DNA of 64,000 bases from Bugula neritina. Lineage: Eukaryota > Animalia > Bryozoa. The stretch covers positions 2,542,001 through 2,606,000 of the forward strand of contig OZ037766.1 in NCBI GenBank assembly GCA_964035545.1, in the 5' to 3' direction. The notes under the pieces are model-generated. The model saw only the letters and a list, made by a program, of their open reading frames with translations. It was not told the DNA's origin and did no database searches. A program made the translations under genes and the position numbers. Below are positions 26,001 to 64,000 of this stretch, piece by piece. Position 1 is the stretch's first letter. Each line of letters opens with the position of its first letter.

Positions 26001-29000
26001 GTAGACAAGGTGAGTAGAGAAGGTGAGTAGAGAAGGTGAGTAGACAAGGTGAGTAGAGAAGGTGAGTAGACAAGGTGAGTAGAGAAGGTGAGTAGACAAG
26101 GTGAGTATACAAGGTGAGTAGACAAGGTGAGTAGACAAGGTGAGTAGAGAAGGTGAGTAGAGAAGGTGAGTAGACAAGGTGAGTATACAAGGTGAGTAGA
26201 CAAGGTGAGTATACAAGGTGAGTAGACAAGGTGAGTAGAGAAGGTGAGTAGAGAAGGTGAGTAGACAAGGTGAGTAGACAAGGTGAGTAGACAAGGTGAG
26301 TAGAGAAGGTGAGTAGACAAGGTGAGTATACAAGGTGAGTAGACAAGGTGAGTAGACAAGGTGAGTAGAGAAGGTGAGTAGACAAGGTGAGTAGACAAGG
26401 TGAGTAGACAAGGTGAGTAGACAAGGTGAGTAGACAAGGTGGGTAGACAAGGTGAGTAGACAAGGTGAGTATACAAGGTGAGTAGACAAGGTGAGTAGAC
26501 AAGGTGAGTAGAGAAGGTGAGTAGAGAAAGTGAGTAGACAAGGTGAGTAGACAAGGTGAGTAGAGAAGGTGAGTAGACAAGGTGAGTAGAGAAGGTGGGT
26601 AAACAAGGTGAGTAGACAAGGTGAATAGACAAGGTGAGTAGACAAGCTAGGACAGGTAAGTTACCTGGACTTAGCTGCAACCATCTCATGAAAGACATGT
26701 AGCATATCTGGAGTGACGTAATGATCTTCTTCTATCAAAGTAACGTAACCAGTGAAATTCTTCATTATAGTCAGTTTCTCAAATATATGATTGAGCTAAA
26801 ATATACACCATATTAAATTATAGTACAGTATATTACACTATATTACAGTATATTACACTATAATACAGTATATTACACTATAATACAGTATATTGCACTA
26901 TAATACAGTATATTACACTACAATACAGTATACTACACTACAATACAGTATATTACAGTATATTACACTATAATACAGTATATTACACAATAATACAGTA
27001 TATTACACTACAATACAGTATATTACAGTATAATACAGTATATTACACTACAATACAGTATATTACACTATATTCACATGAGAGGTCCAACAATAATGGA
27101 CCTGGCAATGGTTTACATCAGTGACCATAGCATATGCCACTCCATGTAATACAGTATAAGATAAACTAATGTATATTGATATAGAGCTAAACATGATGGT
27201 ACACATTCTACTTGTCACAAGTTTATGTAACTAACTGTATAGAAACTGGTTTAATATAAGACTGAGGCCCACTAACCTTCCAAAACCAATGCAGTTTAGT
27301 CTGGGCGTACGCAGCCTCCCGATAATGGCCGTATTTGTCTGGGTGATCAGCATTTATACAGCCCGACTTCATTGCTCTAAGATTGAGATAAAATTTAGAA
27401 GATATCATTTGTGCCCGTAACGGTAACTAAGAAAAACATATTTATAGTTTTACACAAATAGAAGAACGAGATTTTCCAAAAAATGTTATACAAATGACCA
27501 ATCAGGTGATGGGAGAGAAATTTCAATAACTTTTTAATTTAATTTTTCATTAAATTTTGCTAAAAGGCGTGGTTGAAATTCTGGAGAGATCATAACTTCT
27601 TTTGCTTTATTTCTTATCTAGCACACAGGCTCTCCTTAATTTCTCCACCACTGCCCCTGTCTTCTACTGATGTTAGTATATCCATAATCTGACAGAATTG
27701 AAGGTATTTCGAAATAATAGTATTTTAATAGTGTTTCAACACAATAAAGATGAGTCACAGCATATCCTTGGTGAGAAAAGGGGGGAGGGGCACACACAGC
27801 CCCTACCTTAAGGAGAGCGCCACAGCAGGGTGGGAATAAACCCTGGCTATACAATATGCTGGTGTAAGCCGAAAAGTGGAAATGGATTGCAAGGATGTGG
27901 TTGTGAGCTGTAAAGTCTAATACTATAATACTCTAAACTCTAAAGTCTAATACTAGTAGATATGCTGGTATACAAGTTGTCAACTTGCCCAGACAGTAAC
28001 CACGTGATGTGTACACATTCACCAACTTCATCTACCATATATTATACAGTACACACTATACGCTCCAGTTGGCAGAGCATAATATATTACAGCGCACAGT
28101 GTTCTTATAAACGGGCAACAGCTGTTAATTAATGACGTCACAAGTGCGGTGACTTTAATATTAACTGTTGTACACCAGGAACTTACAACTAGCTGTAACT
28201 ACTTACTGGTGTTTGGGAATGTTTCGAGGACAGTCCTGGGGGTCCGGGCCAGGATATTTATCCTTGTATAGCTGCATAGCCTTGGGGTAGAATATTTGTA
28301 TCACCTGTAATAGCATTCTAGTATAACTGTAAGCCAGATATATTCTTAATACGGTATAACTTAAACACTACTGCACTGTTATCGTCTGCGATCACTGTCA
28401 CGGGGATTGCTAGATGCAGCACAAAGTTAGGAGCAATGAGTTCAGCATAAGTATACACGTGTCTAATGCCTAACTATTACACTCAGTGACCCTAACTTTG
28501 TGCTGCATCAATCGATTCCCCATCGCCATGGCTAATTAATACACAAATATTTATATGACGATTTTAGTAGTAACCAGCGTAATATTATCTACAAGTTCTG
28601 AGTTTAATAAAATATTAGTTTTGTGCCAGTAAAGATGACAGGCTTTCCCACAGAGTATACTGAATATTAATATACTAGTATAACTGCAAACACTGCAGTC
28701 ATCAATTATTCATTAGAGAAACCGAGTTTGTGAAAAAAATCCTCAGATCAATAATCGCTTTTTAATGTAGTCCTAATTTTATTCTTTTCGGCTTGGTTTA
28801 AGCTATATATTTTATATTCATTGTCCCTTGACACCAGCAAATTTCTTATATTATTCCAAAACTTGTAGAAATACATATGCTAATATTAAATTCATATATA
28901 TATTGCTTACTATATTTATACAACTCTACAGATTCAGATATAAGCACTGGCTTAGTAAACATGGATTAGATCCCCAGTAAATTTTATTGGGTGATGTTGA

Positions 29001-30571
29001 AAGGATATAATTGCTCCTTTGCCACATTAGAAAATAAAACCTTCGCTTGAAAAAACCCTTTACTTAAAAGGGGTTTTCACAGGGATGGTGACTATAAACC
29101 CATATGAGTTTTATATAAAGTCAAATATATTCCCAAAAGGCATTGCTAAGGTATAGTGCATTAATAAGACGCATTTGCCTGTGTATGACATGCTAATTTC
29201 AAGATCTCAGTCTAAAATCACTGTACGGCTTCCATAATGAATGCTTAATTTGAGAGGCTACAAAAACCCATTATTTCCTGATGGTTCAACTTGTTATAAT
29301 TTGAATATAAACCATGAATTATGGTAATTGGGTCCACCCGCAGGGATAAGTGGACACTAAATATCTCATCCTGTGAAGATGGGATGCTAGTTTAACATTG
29401 GAGCTAAATTTAAATATATCCAGGGTGATGTCTAGCAACTAATGGACCCTGAAATGATGTTTAACAATTCCAGTGGAGACAGATCGTAACACAGATGAAA
29501 TAGCATGTTTCCTTTAACTGTGATTTTCTCTTCAAGTATTTATAGACTTCTATAAACATAGAGTCTATAGATACTTGGCTTTGTATAACTGCAACTACGC
29601 TTTACAACCGTAACTTTTGTTTTTGAGATTATGAAAAAATATGGCTGCGTTAGAAGAAAAAAATTTCAACTTTCACCCTCAAAAAATTAAGATCTTACAA
29701 ACAAGGACAGCATACTGTATTCTTGTCCTACTTGAAGGTGTCACTAAGGTGTTTAAAGGTTATCACTAAGTTGTTTCAAGGTCATCACTAAGATGTTTAG
29801 AGGTCATCACTAAGATGTTTAGAGGTCATCACTAAGGTGTTTAGAGGTCATCACTAAGGTGTTTAGAGGTCATCACTAAGGTGTTTAGAGGTCATCACTA
29901 AGGTGTTTCAAGGTCATCACTAAGGTGTTTCAAGGTCATCACTAAGGTATTTCAAGGTCATCACTAAGTAGCATACTCACTGGCATAAAGTCTATAGACT
30001 CGATGATATCAAACACGGACTGAGAGTAGAAGTCATGGCTGACAACTAGGAGACTAGAGTTGATGTATCTCGTGGATCTGAGACTTTTAATGAGGTAGTT
30101 CAAGTAGTTGTCCCTGTTGTGAACTTGTATAGCTAACACGTGATCATATGTGTCGCTCTCTTTGATTGGAGGAAACTTGTTTCCATTCCTAATAAACTGT
30201 TTCTTATTAATATCTGAGATTATAAACTCGAGGGACTCATTGAACTGGGAAAATCTCCTCTCCATAGACGACTCAGTCTTTCGGTCAGCTGACGCAGCAA
30301 CCTCCTTCTTGCTGTCATTATTTGGTCGCCTGGTTTTGTCTTCTGGAGATTTTACAGTTGGGAGTTGTCTGTTCAAGGTCTCATGTACCAAGTTCATAGA
30401 AGCCACCTTGGGTTTGGAAACTGTTATAGCCTCAACGTCAATGTCGGATTTGTCTACCCTTTCGGGTGGTGGCCTAACCGGACTGAAGAAGTGGAGGTTG
30501 ACAGTGATGAAGGAGATGAAAGATATAAATAGAATCACTTGAATACATTTTCTAGGAGTGCACAGTGCCAT
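23086..30571 (-). CDS. MGAT2: Alpha-1,6-mannosyl-glycoprotein 2-beta-N-acetylglucosaminyltransferase (GnT-II, GT16), 474 aa
   Basis: Exons 30571-29981, 28304-28207, 27376-27277, 26795-26665, 25571-25499, 24741-24649, 23921-23797, 23299-23086 (1425 nt, phases consistent). Type II signal anchor; motifs IQVHNR, SHD, QIFYP, GHYRE..QTKLHWFWK, EEDHY, FCNYDDYNWDWSL, RVYHIGDCGVHH, NGGWGDKRDHDLC. Confidence 0.96.
24367..24445. repeat. GA/G-rich microsatellite
   Basis: gagagagaggg... purine tract. Confidence 0.85.
25872..26645. repeat. 13-bp minisatellite (AAGGTGAGTAGAC/G), about 59 copies
   Basis: Directly visible. It starts about 20 nt inside the MGAT2 intron whose donor is at 26664. Confidence 0.97.
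26810..27072. repeat. 10/20-bp minisatellite (tattacactataatacagta)
   Basis: Abuts the MGAT2 acceptor at 26796-26797. Confidence 0.9.
27503..27653. mobile_element. Short MITE family, copy 1 (degenerate)
   Basis: Shares gagaaatttcaata and tatctag.acacaggct.t.cttaatttctcca..actgc with 37424-37553. Confidence 0.6.
28402..28521. repeat. Inverted repeat / foldback, MITE-like
   Basis: Arm ggggattgctagatgcagcacaaagttaggagcaatgagt matches the reverse complement of actcagtgaccctaactttgtgctgcatcaatcgattcccc; core gatgcagcacaaagttagg is perfect. Confidence 0.8.
28940..29115 (+). mobile_element. tRNA-derived SINE, degenerate copy 2
   Basis: gcactggcttagtaaacatg, ataattgctcc and cagggatggtgactataaacc are shared with the other copies. 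Confidence 0.7.
29735..29968. repeat. 21-bp minisatellite (aggtcatcactaaggtgttt..), about 11 copies
   Basis: Starts about 12 nt inside the MGAT2 intron whose donor is at 29980. Confidence 0.93.
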
Positions 30572-31307
30572 TGGCCTACAAATATATGCAGTATAATATT
30601 GTATATTAAAATGTGTATATAGTTTGCACAACACAGAGTTATGTAAGTACAGTTGGTCTACATGGCCTACAGCTGGATAGACCAACAGGACTTGGTATCA
30701 CTGTAGTGTACATGTGTTGTAATTAGCGTAATTCAGTCCAGTCTTCCACTTATTCAGTCAAATGTGTAACTATTTTCAAGGACTTGAAAATTAGTTATAA
30801 CTTCAGCTGATATTACTGCAATGACTGACTACTGACCAGGTGACTGAGTGACAGTGTAGTGACTGAGTGACAGTGTAGTGACAAGGTTTAAATTACTTGA
30901 TTGAAACTAAAAAGAAACATGAGTGAAATGCCAATAGCAAAGCAGTATCTTATAAAAAGTCAACATCAAATATCACTATTATGGCATTTAATAAATTACC
31001 TTTGGGGGTTCACACAATACAAGTTCACTTCAAAGATCTTCACAATATTTAATATAAATTACCAGTTCAGGCGAACTAGTTGCACTTTTAGACAACACAG
31101 ATGAATTACAATATTCCCTGAGAGTCTATTACTATAGAAGAGGACAGTTCTAAACTTGAAGAGAATAAGTTTATCTCTATACTGATGATAAAATATAAGT
31201 GTATAATAGCAGCAACAATTTTAGTTAAGATACTGCATCTATTTACTAAGAGTAATAAACAGTGAAAGACAATCAACACTATCAATTACTTCAGCAAAGT
31301 GTATTTC

Positions 31308-31382
31308 ACCCTACCTGTGTGAGCAGATGAAAGCACCTACCTGTGTGAGGAGGTGAAAGCACCTACCTGTGTGAGCAGGTGA
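31308..31382. repeat. 26-bp unit x3 carrying minus-strand CAG|GTAGG donors
   Basis: cacctacctgtgtgagcagatgaaag repeated; may mark the end of an MGAT2 5'UTR exon. Confidence 0.75.
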
Positions 31383-34300
31383 ATATTGTGTAGTTGACAG
31401 AGCCCAAATGAACCTCAACAGCAGCTGGCACTGTTTAGTCAACTAGCCCCTTCATTTCCTTCCTCCCTAGTAATGAGAAAAGGGATGAATTATTAAACAG
31501 TTGAAAAATAAATTGATATTTTTAGCTGTAGTCATTGAATTATAAGTGAGTTTTAATATGCGGGTGCAACGCATTTTAAGCTTTAATATGGTTGGCTGCA
31601 TCCAATGAAATGCAAGAATTTCTGGCCAGTTCAATGTAAATACTATACACATTTATTCTGTTGTTATATTCTATAGTCTATAGTATACAAGTTTTATATT
31701 AATATATGTATACAGTATAATTGACTGTCAGATGCTTATAAAAATCATATTCAGCGAAACCATTTTGAACCAGCTAAAGGTCGATTTCAGAAAACGGAAA
31801 CTTAACTGACTTTATAAATTTATTGTATAACTTTATATAAATTGGATATTTAGAAGGTTTGGCTGGCAAAATTAAGAAGTTCGGCTTTATATATTCATCT
31901 GAAGAATAAGCGACAGTCCCACATGAGGTTAACTATTTCTTTCCCAGTTAATGCCAAAGATAATACAACTATTCATATTTTTACAAAGAAAAAATGGGTT
32001 TTTGAAGCTCGTGAGACAAGCGAAAAAAATAAAAATTTCACACAGCTTTTAAGTTGCTGATACTGGAGTAGCAATGTGCCAAAAACTATTGCTGGAAATC
32101 AACATCAATAGCTTATACTTTTCACATCATCAGTCAATATACAGTTCAACAAAAAATTACTGAAGTGAATCTGGGGTCAAAGTAAAAATAAACATTCTTA
32201 TCTACAACCAAAACCAGCAAGGGAGACTAACATTTAAATATATAAAACACCAGCAACTATAAGAATATTCATACACTATAAGCAACGACACTGTGACTTG
32301 AAGTGAAACTGAAAGAAATGTATACTATAGCCAATAAAATGACACTATCAACAGTTTAAAGAAACTACAACAAAGATGTCAAAGGTGCTATAGAAACAAG
32401 CCATTGTCATGCCAACCTGCCCAGCTAAAACTAATAAACTAAAGTTACAACATAAAAGGAAAAAAGTACTTTCTCTAGGTCATAGATATTAAAGCAAGTG
32501 GACCACACCACTCAAGTAATTGCAAAATATTTATCAAACAGCCCTTCGTGATGCTTTCCAAACAGCTGAGCTTTTTGCAAACATATGTCTATGTACTAAT
32601 AGTTTGCAAATATAAAATAAACGACATTAAAATGGTGCATCACGAGGCAGCCACTTTCATATGACATATGAAGGACAAAACAAATATATCTAAAACACCT
32701 GAGATATCTCAAATTGATAGAGACAATATGCTTATATTTATTTTGTGCTCTAAAGAGTGTAGTGGCACACTAGCAAGTTCTTACAAAGAAGTCACACATA
32801 ACACTACCGAATATGGCGGTTGCTAGAGCTATAACTAGGAGGGAATCATAAATACTACAGCAACTTCTTTCCTAGAGTAATTTGCAAGATAAATTGGCAC
32901 AATGACGACAGCTCTCACAAACATCAAACATTCTAACTTTGCATGAAATGTAACAAAAGATAACATGCTGTATGCACCTTTAGATTGCTCTGAATTTTAA
33001 AATGTGTTAAAGAACAAGTAAGTAAAACTGAATTGGTAAATTATAGAGTATAGAGTATAATCATGATAACAATAGTCATCGTGATAGTAAATAAGTGAAC
33101 AGTACATGTGCGTACATTTATATCAACAGATGTTATTGTTATACTTAATTTTATAGTAACAACTACACATAATTGCTCAATTTTATAGTCATTTTATACT
33201 ATATATACTTACGACTTATAGTTAGTCTTACAATTCACAATACTAACTTATACTTATAGTTAATGTTATTATAACTATACTTACACTGTAACTACTTCAC
33301 TGAATCTTATACATAGAATAATATTAGTGATTTTATAGTTATACCAATAGTAATAGTATTAATAATACTCATATTCATATTGGTAGTCTGCTGTTAAGCT
33401 AATTATAACTGTAAGCTCATCCTCGTCACCATTTACATTTTCATATTATATTTTTATTATGATTATCATTATGACTATTATTAAAATGGTGATTACTATT
33501 AAATCATAATGATAATCACCATCAGTATGATTAAGTTCAACTTTGACTATTTCCGTTTAGTTTTAAGGCTTATAGTTATGTCTAACAGTAACTGATAAAC
33601 AAACAGTAACACTAATACTAGTAATAGTGTTACTGTAACTGTTGCTAACACTAGCAGTAGCAGTAACATGACCATTAACAGTAGCGCTGCCATTACGAGT
33701 AACAAAATCAACGTTGGCCACTGGTTATGCCATTGTATTTGTTATTTGCGGCTTGCCTGAGCTGTTTATGTTATGCAATGATATCAAAAGTCCAGCTCTT
33801 GATATTCCAGCACAAACTGGTTTTTCTTCTTAACATGAAAGTAGTATAAATTGAAATAATTTTATACAACAACAATACATATTCAGCATACCATCAACAT
33901 AGGTCATGGGCATAATTCTTGAATTCATGATTCAATGAGCCACATTCACTATCAGTAGGCTATCACTGGTGACTGTGAGTCACATTAAATCCGACACTCG
34001 CACTGAGTATCAATGTGTCGACTATGTTTTATACTAAGTCTAATAGTTATAGTAGTACTTAGTCTTATAGTTATACTAATACTAATGGTAATAGCAATAC
34101 TAATAGTAATACTATTGCAATTTGCAATAGGGCTAGGCGGCAGGCCTACTCCTGGGAAGTAGGGATAAATTTGAAACTAAAATAAAAATTTCAATCGGTT
34201 TATTATTTATACTTTTAAAACTGTATTATTAATATTAGTATTATTTTTTATAGTTATAGTAATAACCAATAGGCAATAACTATAAGAAACATTATAATAT

Positions 34301-34825
34301 TGATACTCATACTCATAGTGATAGTCATACTGAGTATGAGTATCACTATCAGTATCAGTATGACTATGACTATGAGTATCAGTATGAGTATAAATTTAAA
34401 ACAGCTGCGTTGGCGTTGCTAAAAATCAATATATTTACTACATAACATTAAGTTCAACACGCTTATAACTTGAAATGAGAGCCATTGAGTATCGATATGA
34501 AATTGAATGTCAAACTCAACAGTCCATCACAGTCACAATGTCAACGTGAAACTGAAGGCGTCAGCGTTGTAGCCAATAACTTGTTAGTGTGAGAGTTGAG
34601 CGAGTAAAACTAAAAGTTAGCTGTTCTATTTCAGAATCTTGATCATGCTGAAGGTTACTTGTTGGAAGGCATACAAGTCTCGAGTCCACTCTTTGGTGTG
34701 ATTTATTAAAACTCTAATGCTAAAATTGTAGTACCGGTTCTTTCGTTGTTCATTGTGGGTTGTGGCCGTCGGTCGTGATAATTGAGCCCAGTTTGCTAGT
34801 TGATAATTAAGGGTTATCCTCTTTA

Positions 34826-35010
34826 AGTGTTAGGTTATAATCACTGTGCTGGATATTATTGAGTTCGTTGGTTGTAACAATGAACTCAATAATTATTATA
34901 TTTTTATTATTATTAATATGGTCTATTCCAGCTCAGTGGGTTGTAACCACTGAACTGAAACTAACTAACTGGTTGTAATTAGAAGCATCGAACTTTTCCA
35001 GCTCAGTGAC
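34826..35010. repeat. Cluster of degenerate palindromic units with GGTTRTAA centres
   Basis: Hairpins 34854-34892 and 34926-34960 plus partial copies; ttccagctcagtg occurs twice. Confidence 0.7.
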
Positions 35011-36569
35011 TATAAAGGCAGTGCAGGATTTTGGTTAAAGTCTGCAAATATTAAATGTTACAATTTTAGAGATTTTACCATCACAAAACTAAAATAAATA
35101 TATAATCGCACCATGGTTATGTGGAAAAACTACTAAATTTAGATTTGATCTTTTTTTGCTTGTTAACATCCATTAATACACATACAGTATGTAGGTTATA
35201 GTTTTCCAACTATAATTAATTGTGAACAAACACTACTTTTACAGTATAAATGTTTAATAAATTTATAAAAAAAAAGAACAATGTAAAAATTGCAGAAAAC
35301 TTTGGAGCAACTTTCAATTTATAGGATACAATTTGAAAGCTGCTAATGAAAGCTATAGTATCAAATAAATTTTTACTACGGTAGGCGTCACATGATGTGC
35401 ATAGCTTCTTTCACTCTGGTGCAGATGTCTATCGATTTCGTTATGCTGCTGGTTGCAATTTATCTGAAAATTTGTCATTGCAATGCAATTTCTCTTAGCA
35501 ATACTGCCCTGTGCTGCAATAAATATCGTTTTGTGTCTATAAAAATAGCAAAAATACTAAATTATATGAATGAAGCCGTAATTTACTGTTATAATATCAT
35601 TGCATGATATTTTATGGAGCATATAGTACATGTATTTGGAGTGTAGTGAAATTAGCGCTAGTTTGCTAAGCTATATTAGCTACACTAAGAAAAGCTTTCT
35701 ACAGCACAGCCAGTGCTAACTCTGGCACTTGGCAATTGTTGGTGCTAGTGAACTAGTGTAATTTTAAGAGAGCAAAATAATCTTGACGATGTCAATAGGA
35801 TGTCAATAGAAGTATAATAAAACATAATAAAGAACATCAGTGAAGAGTTAATGCTCAACTCAAAGCCTAGTTCACTACATGGAGTTTTGTACTCGATCAG
35901 AAAATGTCACCTAATGGTAATCTTATTTATAAATCTATTATTGATAAACTTTAAAAGTGTTATGCTACTGTTGATAGGTCGGCCTATTCCTGATATATGC
36001 GTTTAATCAACAACACTAATGGATAGGATATTGAGCATTACTACCAAATGAAGTATATTAATTAAAAAATATGTAAAACACAGTTTAATGTAGCTGGTAA
36101 AATCATAATGAGTGATTACAAGGCATGCTACATAACAGGCTATAAAGTGGAACCATCATTTCTGAAAAAAAGAACCACCAAGTTCAAGAATAAAAAATCA
36201 ACAAACTACCAAGTAAAAAATAATAAAAAAATATTTTGGTTGTGTAATAAAACTGTTAAATAGATTGTCTTTTATAACTGCGTAGCAGAAAGTTATATAA
36301 AAATAGAGACTAATGCTTTTTTCTGCGTTACATAAATTGAATACATAAATATTTTATTATTATTAAGAGTTGCTGCCACTTACCAGAGTCAAGTTATGAC
36401 AACTCTGGTTATAACGTAGCAATTTGTTAAAAAGCATTAAATAAAAATCTGCCATCCGTATTTATGACTATGGAACCATCAAGGTTGGCCATTCAAATCA
36501 AAATAATTTAGAGAATAAAATAATAATAGAATATCTGAAAAATTTAAATTAAAATATTTAATATATGAA

Positions 36570-62218
<25,649 letters not shown>

Positions 62219-62240
62219 CTATAAATATATAAATTATGCT

Positions 62241-62506
62241 CACACAAGTTCATAGTCACCATCCCTGCAAGAAACTCCTGATGGGAAGGGTCTTATATTA
62301 AATTAGGCTAAGGACTTATTCGAATAGGGCACATGAGCAATTAAGACTGGATGCTCTTCCTATAACATCACCAATGGCCTTTACTGGGGTTCAAGCCCAC
62401 GACTTCATGTTTACTAGGCAAACGCTCTAACTTATAGACCACTTCTAACCCCTAGACCATGCTCTAACCCCTATACCACCCTCTAACCCCTAGAACACGG
62501 CTGCAC
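62241..62506 (-). mobile_element. tRNA-Thr(AGT)-derived SINE, copy 4, with 12-bp TSD
   Basis: ataaattatgct at 62229-62240 and 62507-62518. Minus-strand head GTTAGAGCGTTTGCCTAGTAAACATGAAGTC; body shared with the other copies. Confidence 0.88.
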
Positions 62507-64000
62507 ATAAATTATGCTGACAAACATCGAAGCAAAAAAAATCAGACCTTAGCTTCATGTTAGATTCATCAACAAAGAACTGCAATAGAAGTATTTTAGT
62601 TAACGTTTTGATTCAATACCAATAACGTACATCACTTTACATTAAACAAGTAAACAGCCGCCTAGTAACAAAAGTTCAACTAATTTGTGCTCAACTTCCA
62701 ACCTGTGCCACACTTTTCCTTTATTCCAATTTGTTTACTAGCAAGCTCTTAACAGTCACGCAAGTTTGAATGATGCTAATCAATTCTATTATTTTATTAT
62801 AATAGTTATCCCCGGGTGACCTCTTGTGGGCGTATAATAGTCAGCAGTGTAATTTCTTTCAAATAGGTTATCAATGGTTGCGTGCTTTGGATTCTAAACT
62901 TTAAATTGCTTTACAATCTCAAGACTCAATGGTCCGATCGAACTCCTAGCAGGAATGTTGTTTATTTGATTCAACAACTTTTTTAAAATCAATTTTTCCA
63001 TCAGAGTTCAAGGTTTTTGTAAAAGTTTTTAATTGAACAAATATTATTGTGAATATTATTAACCATTATTATTTTATTATATTATTAACTGCTGCCTGCC
63101 AAATTATCAAGCTTTTATCATAATTAGTAAACAAACCCAGTTGACTTAGCATCATGTGTACATTCTGAGTTCCTTACACTGTTTTAACAATAGTCAGAGA
63201 GAGTAGAATTCCCAGCATAATTTTAACGTACTTGAACTATTCAACTTTAATAAATTACAAGATGACATTTGAATAGCAGAGAAAAATAATCTTGCAAAAC
63301 AACACTTTTGTTAGTAACTGGATATGCAAAAGTAACCAATCAAGTCAACTAAGAGATTAGCCTACCGGAGCTTTGTGTAATACACTGAACAATAGAGCAA
63401 TAGCATTGGCAAGTTATTTCTATATAATTTCAACTCATTAAGCCACAAGATTTCAATAATTTAATTTAATTAAATACATTTTAAGAATTTTTTAAACACA
63501 GTTACACAAATTAATTTGTAAGCCTTACTTGATCAATTTTTCAATCATCATCTAAGATTCCTATGTTTATTACTATATAATTCTCACATATTTTGGCACC
63601 ATTTAGATAATATTGCATGTAACTCAAGTACAAATTAAAATTGAATTTTGTTCAACCTTGTCGGCTAAAAAATGTTGAAACAAAAGCATCCGACAGCTTT
63701 TCAACTATGGTAGTTGAAGCTTCTTTTTCAGAAAAATTATTTGAAGAATTCAAATAACAAAATTAAGATAAACGAATAGAAAGCTTGAGGTTATATATAC
63801 TGCAGACGAGATGCATTCATAGGTTTGCATGTTGCATCTTAAATTGATTTTAATATAATCCTTGAGTCTAAACATACCAGCTATATTCTAAAGGATGATG
63901 TTTGACCTACATTTACAGAAGAATATATTAGACAAACACTATTCAGTTAACAATGCTACACACATATATATCAGGCAAACTTGTCTCATGTCCCTTATTA

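Noticed and set aside
25817-26698. Three overlapping 254-293 aa ORFs
   Set aside because: Translations of the stop-free 13-bp satellite inside an MGAT2 intron.
30150-30542. 130 aa plus-strand ORF and similar antisense ORFs (2103, 2908, 51953, 53214)
   Set aside because: Antisense shadows of real exons.
62520-64000. Next upstream exon of the mucin-like gene
   Set aside because: Donor-like sites near 63365 and 63910 lack a convincing VWD-coding frame; the exon probably lies beyond the window.

Overview
AT-rich, intron-dense animal genomic DNA, probably a marine invertebrate (a lophotrochozoan is my guess; the taxon cannot be proven from the window). I rebuilt four spliced genes by hand, checking splice sites and phases. 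(1) A nicotinic acetylcholine receptor alpha subunit (- strand; 3' end runs off the window start). (2) A divergent methylcrotonoyl-CoA carboxylase beta-like gene (+, 549 aa). (3) MGAT2/GnT-II (-, 474 aa). (4) A very large single-pass VWD-C8-TIL-NIDO-AMOP-VWD-EGF(n)-SEA-EGF-TM protein (-, 36 exons and about 2100 aa in the window; 5' end beyond the window). Most long entries in the ORF track are minisatellite artefacts. Non-coding highlights: two type I hammerhead ribozyme motifs in introns of the mucin-like gene (one in a (TA)n-flanked insert, one in the sense strand of a GC-AG intron); a tRNA-Thr-derived SINE family; several MITEs; a cluster of hairpins sharing one loop sequence; and many tandem repeats that start at splice junctions and often multiply the donor motif, including about 59 copies of a U1-5'-end-like 13-mer.
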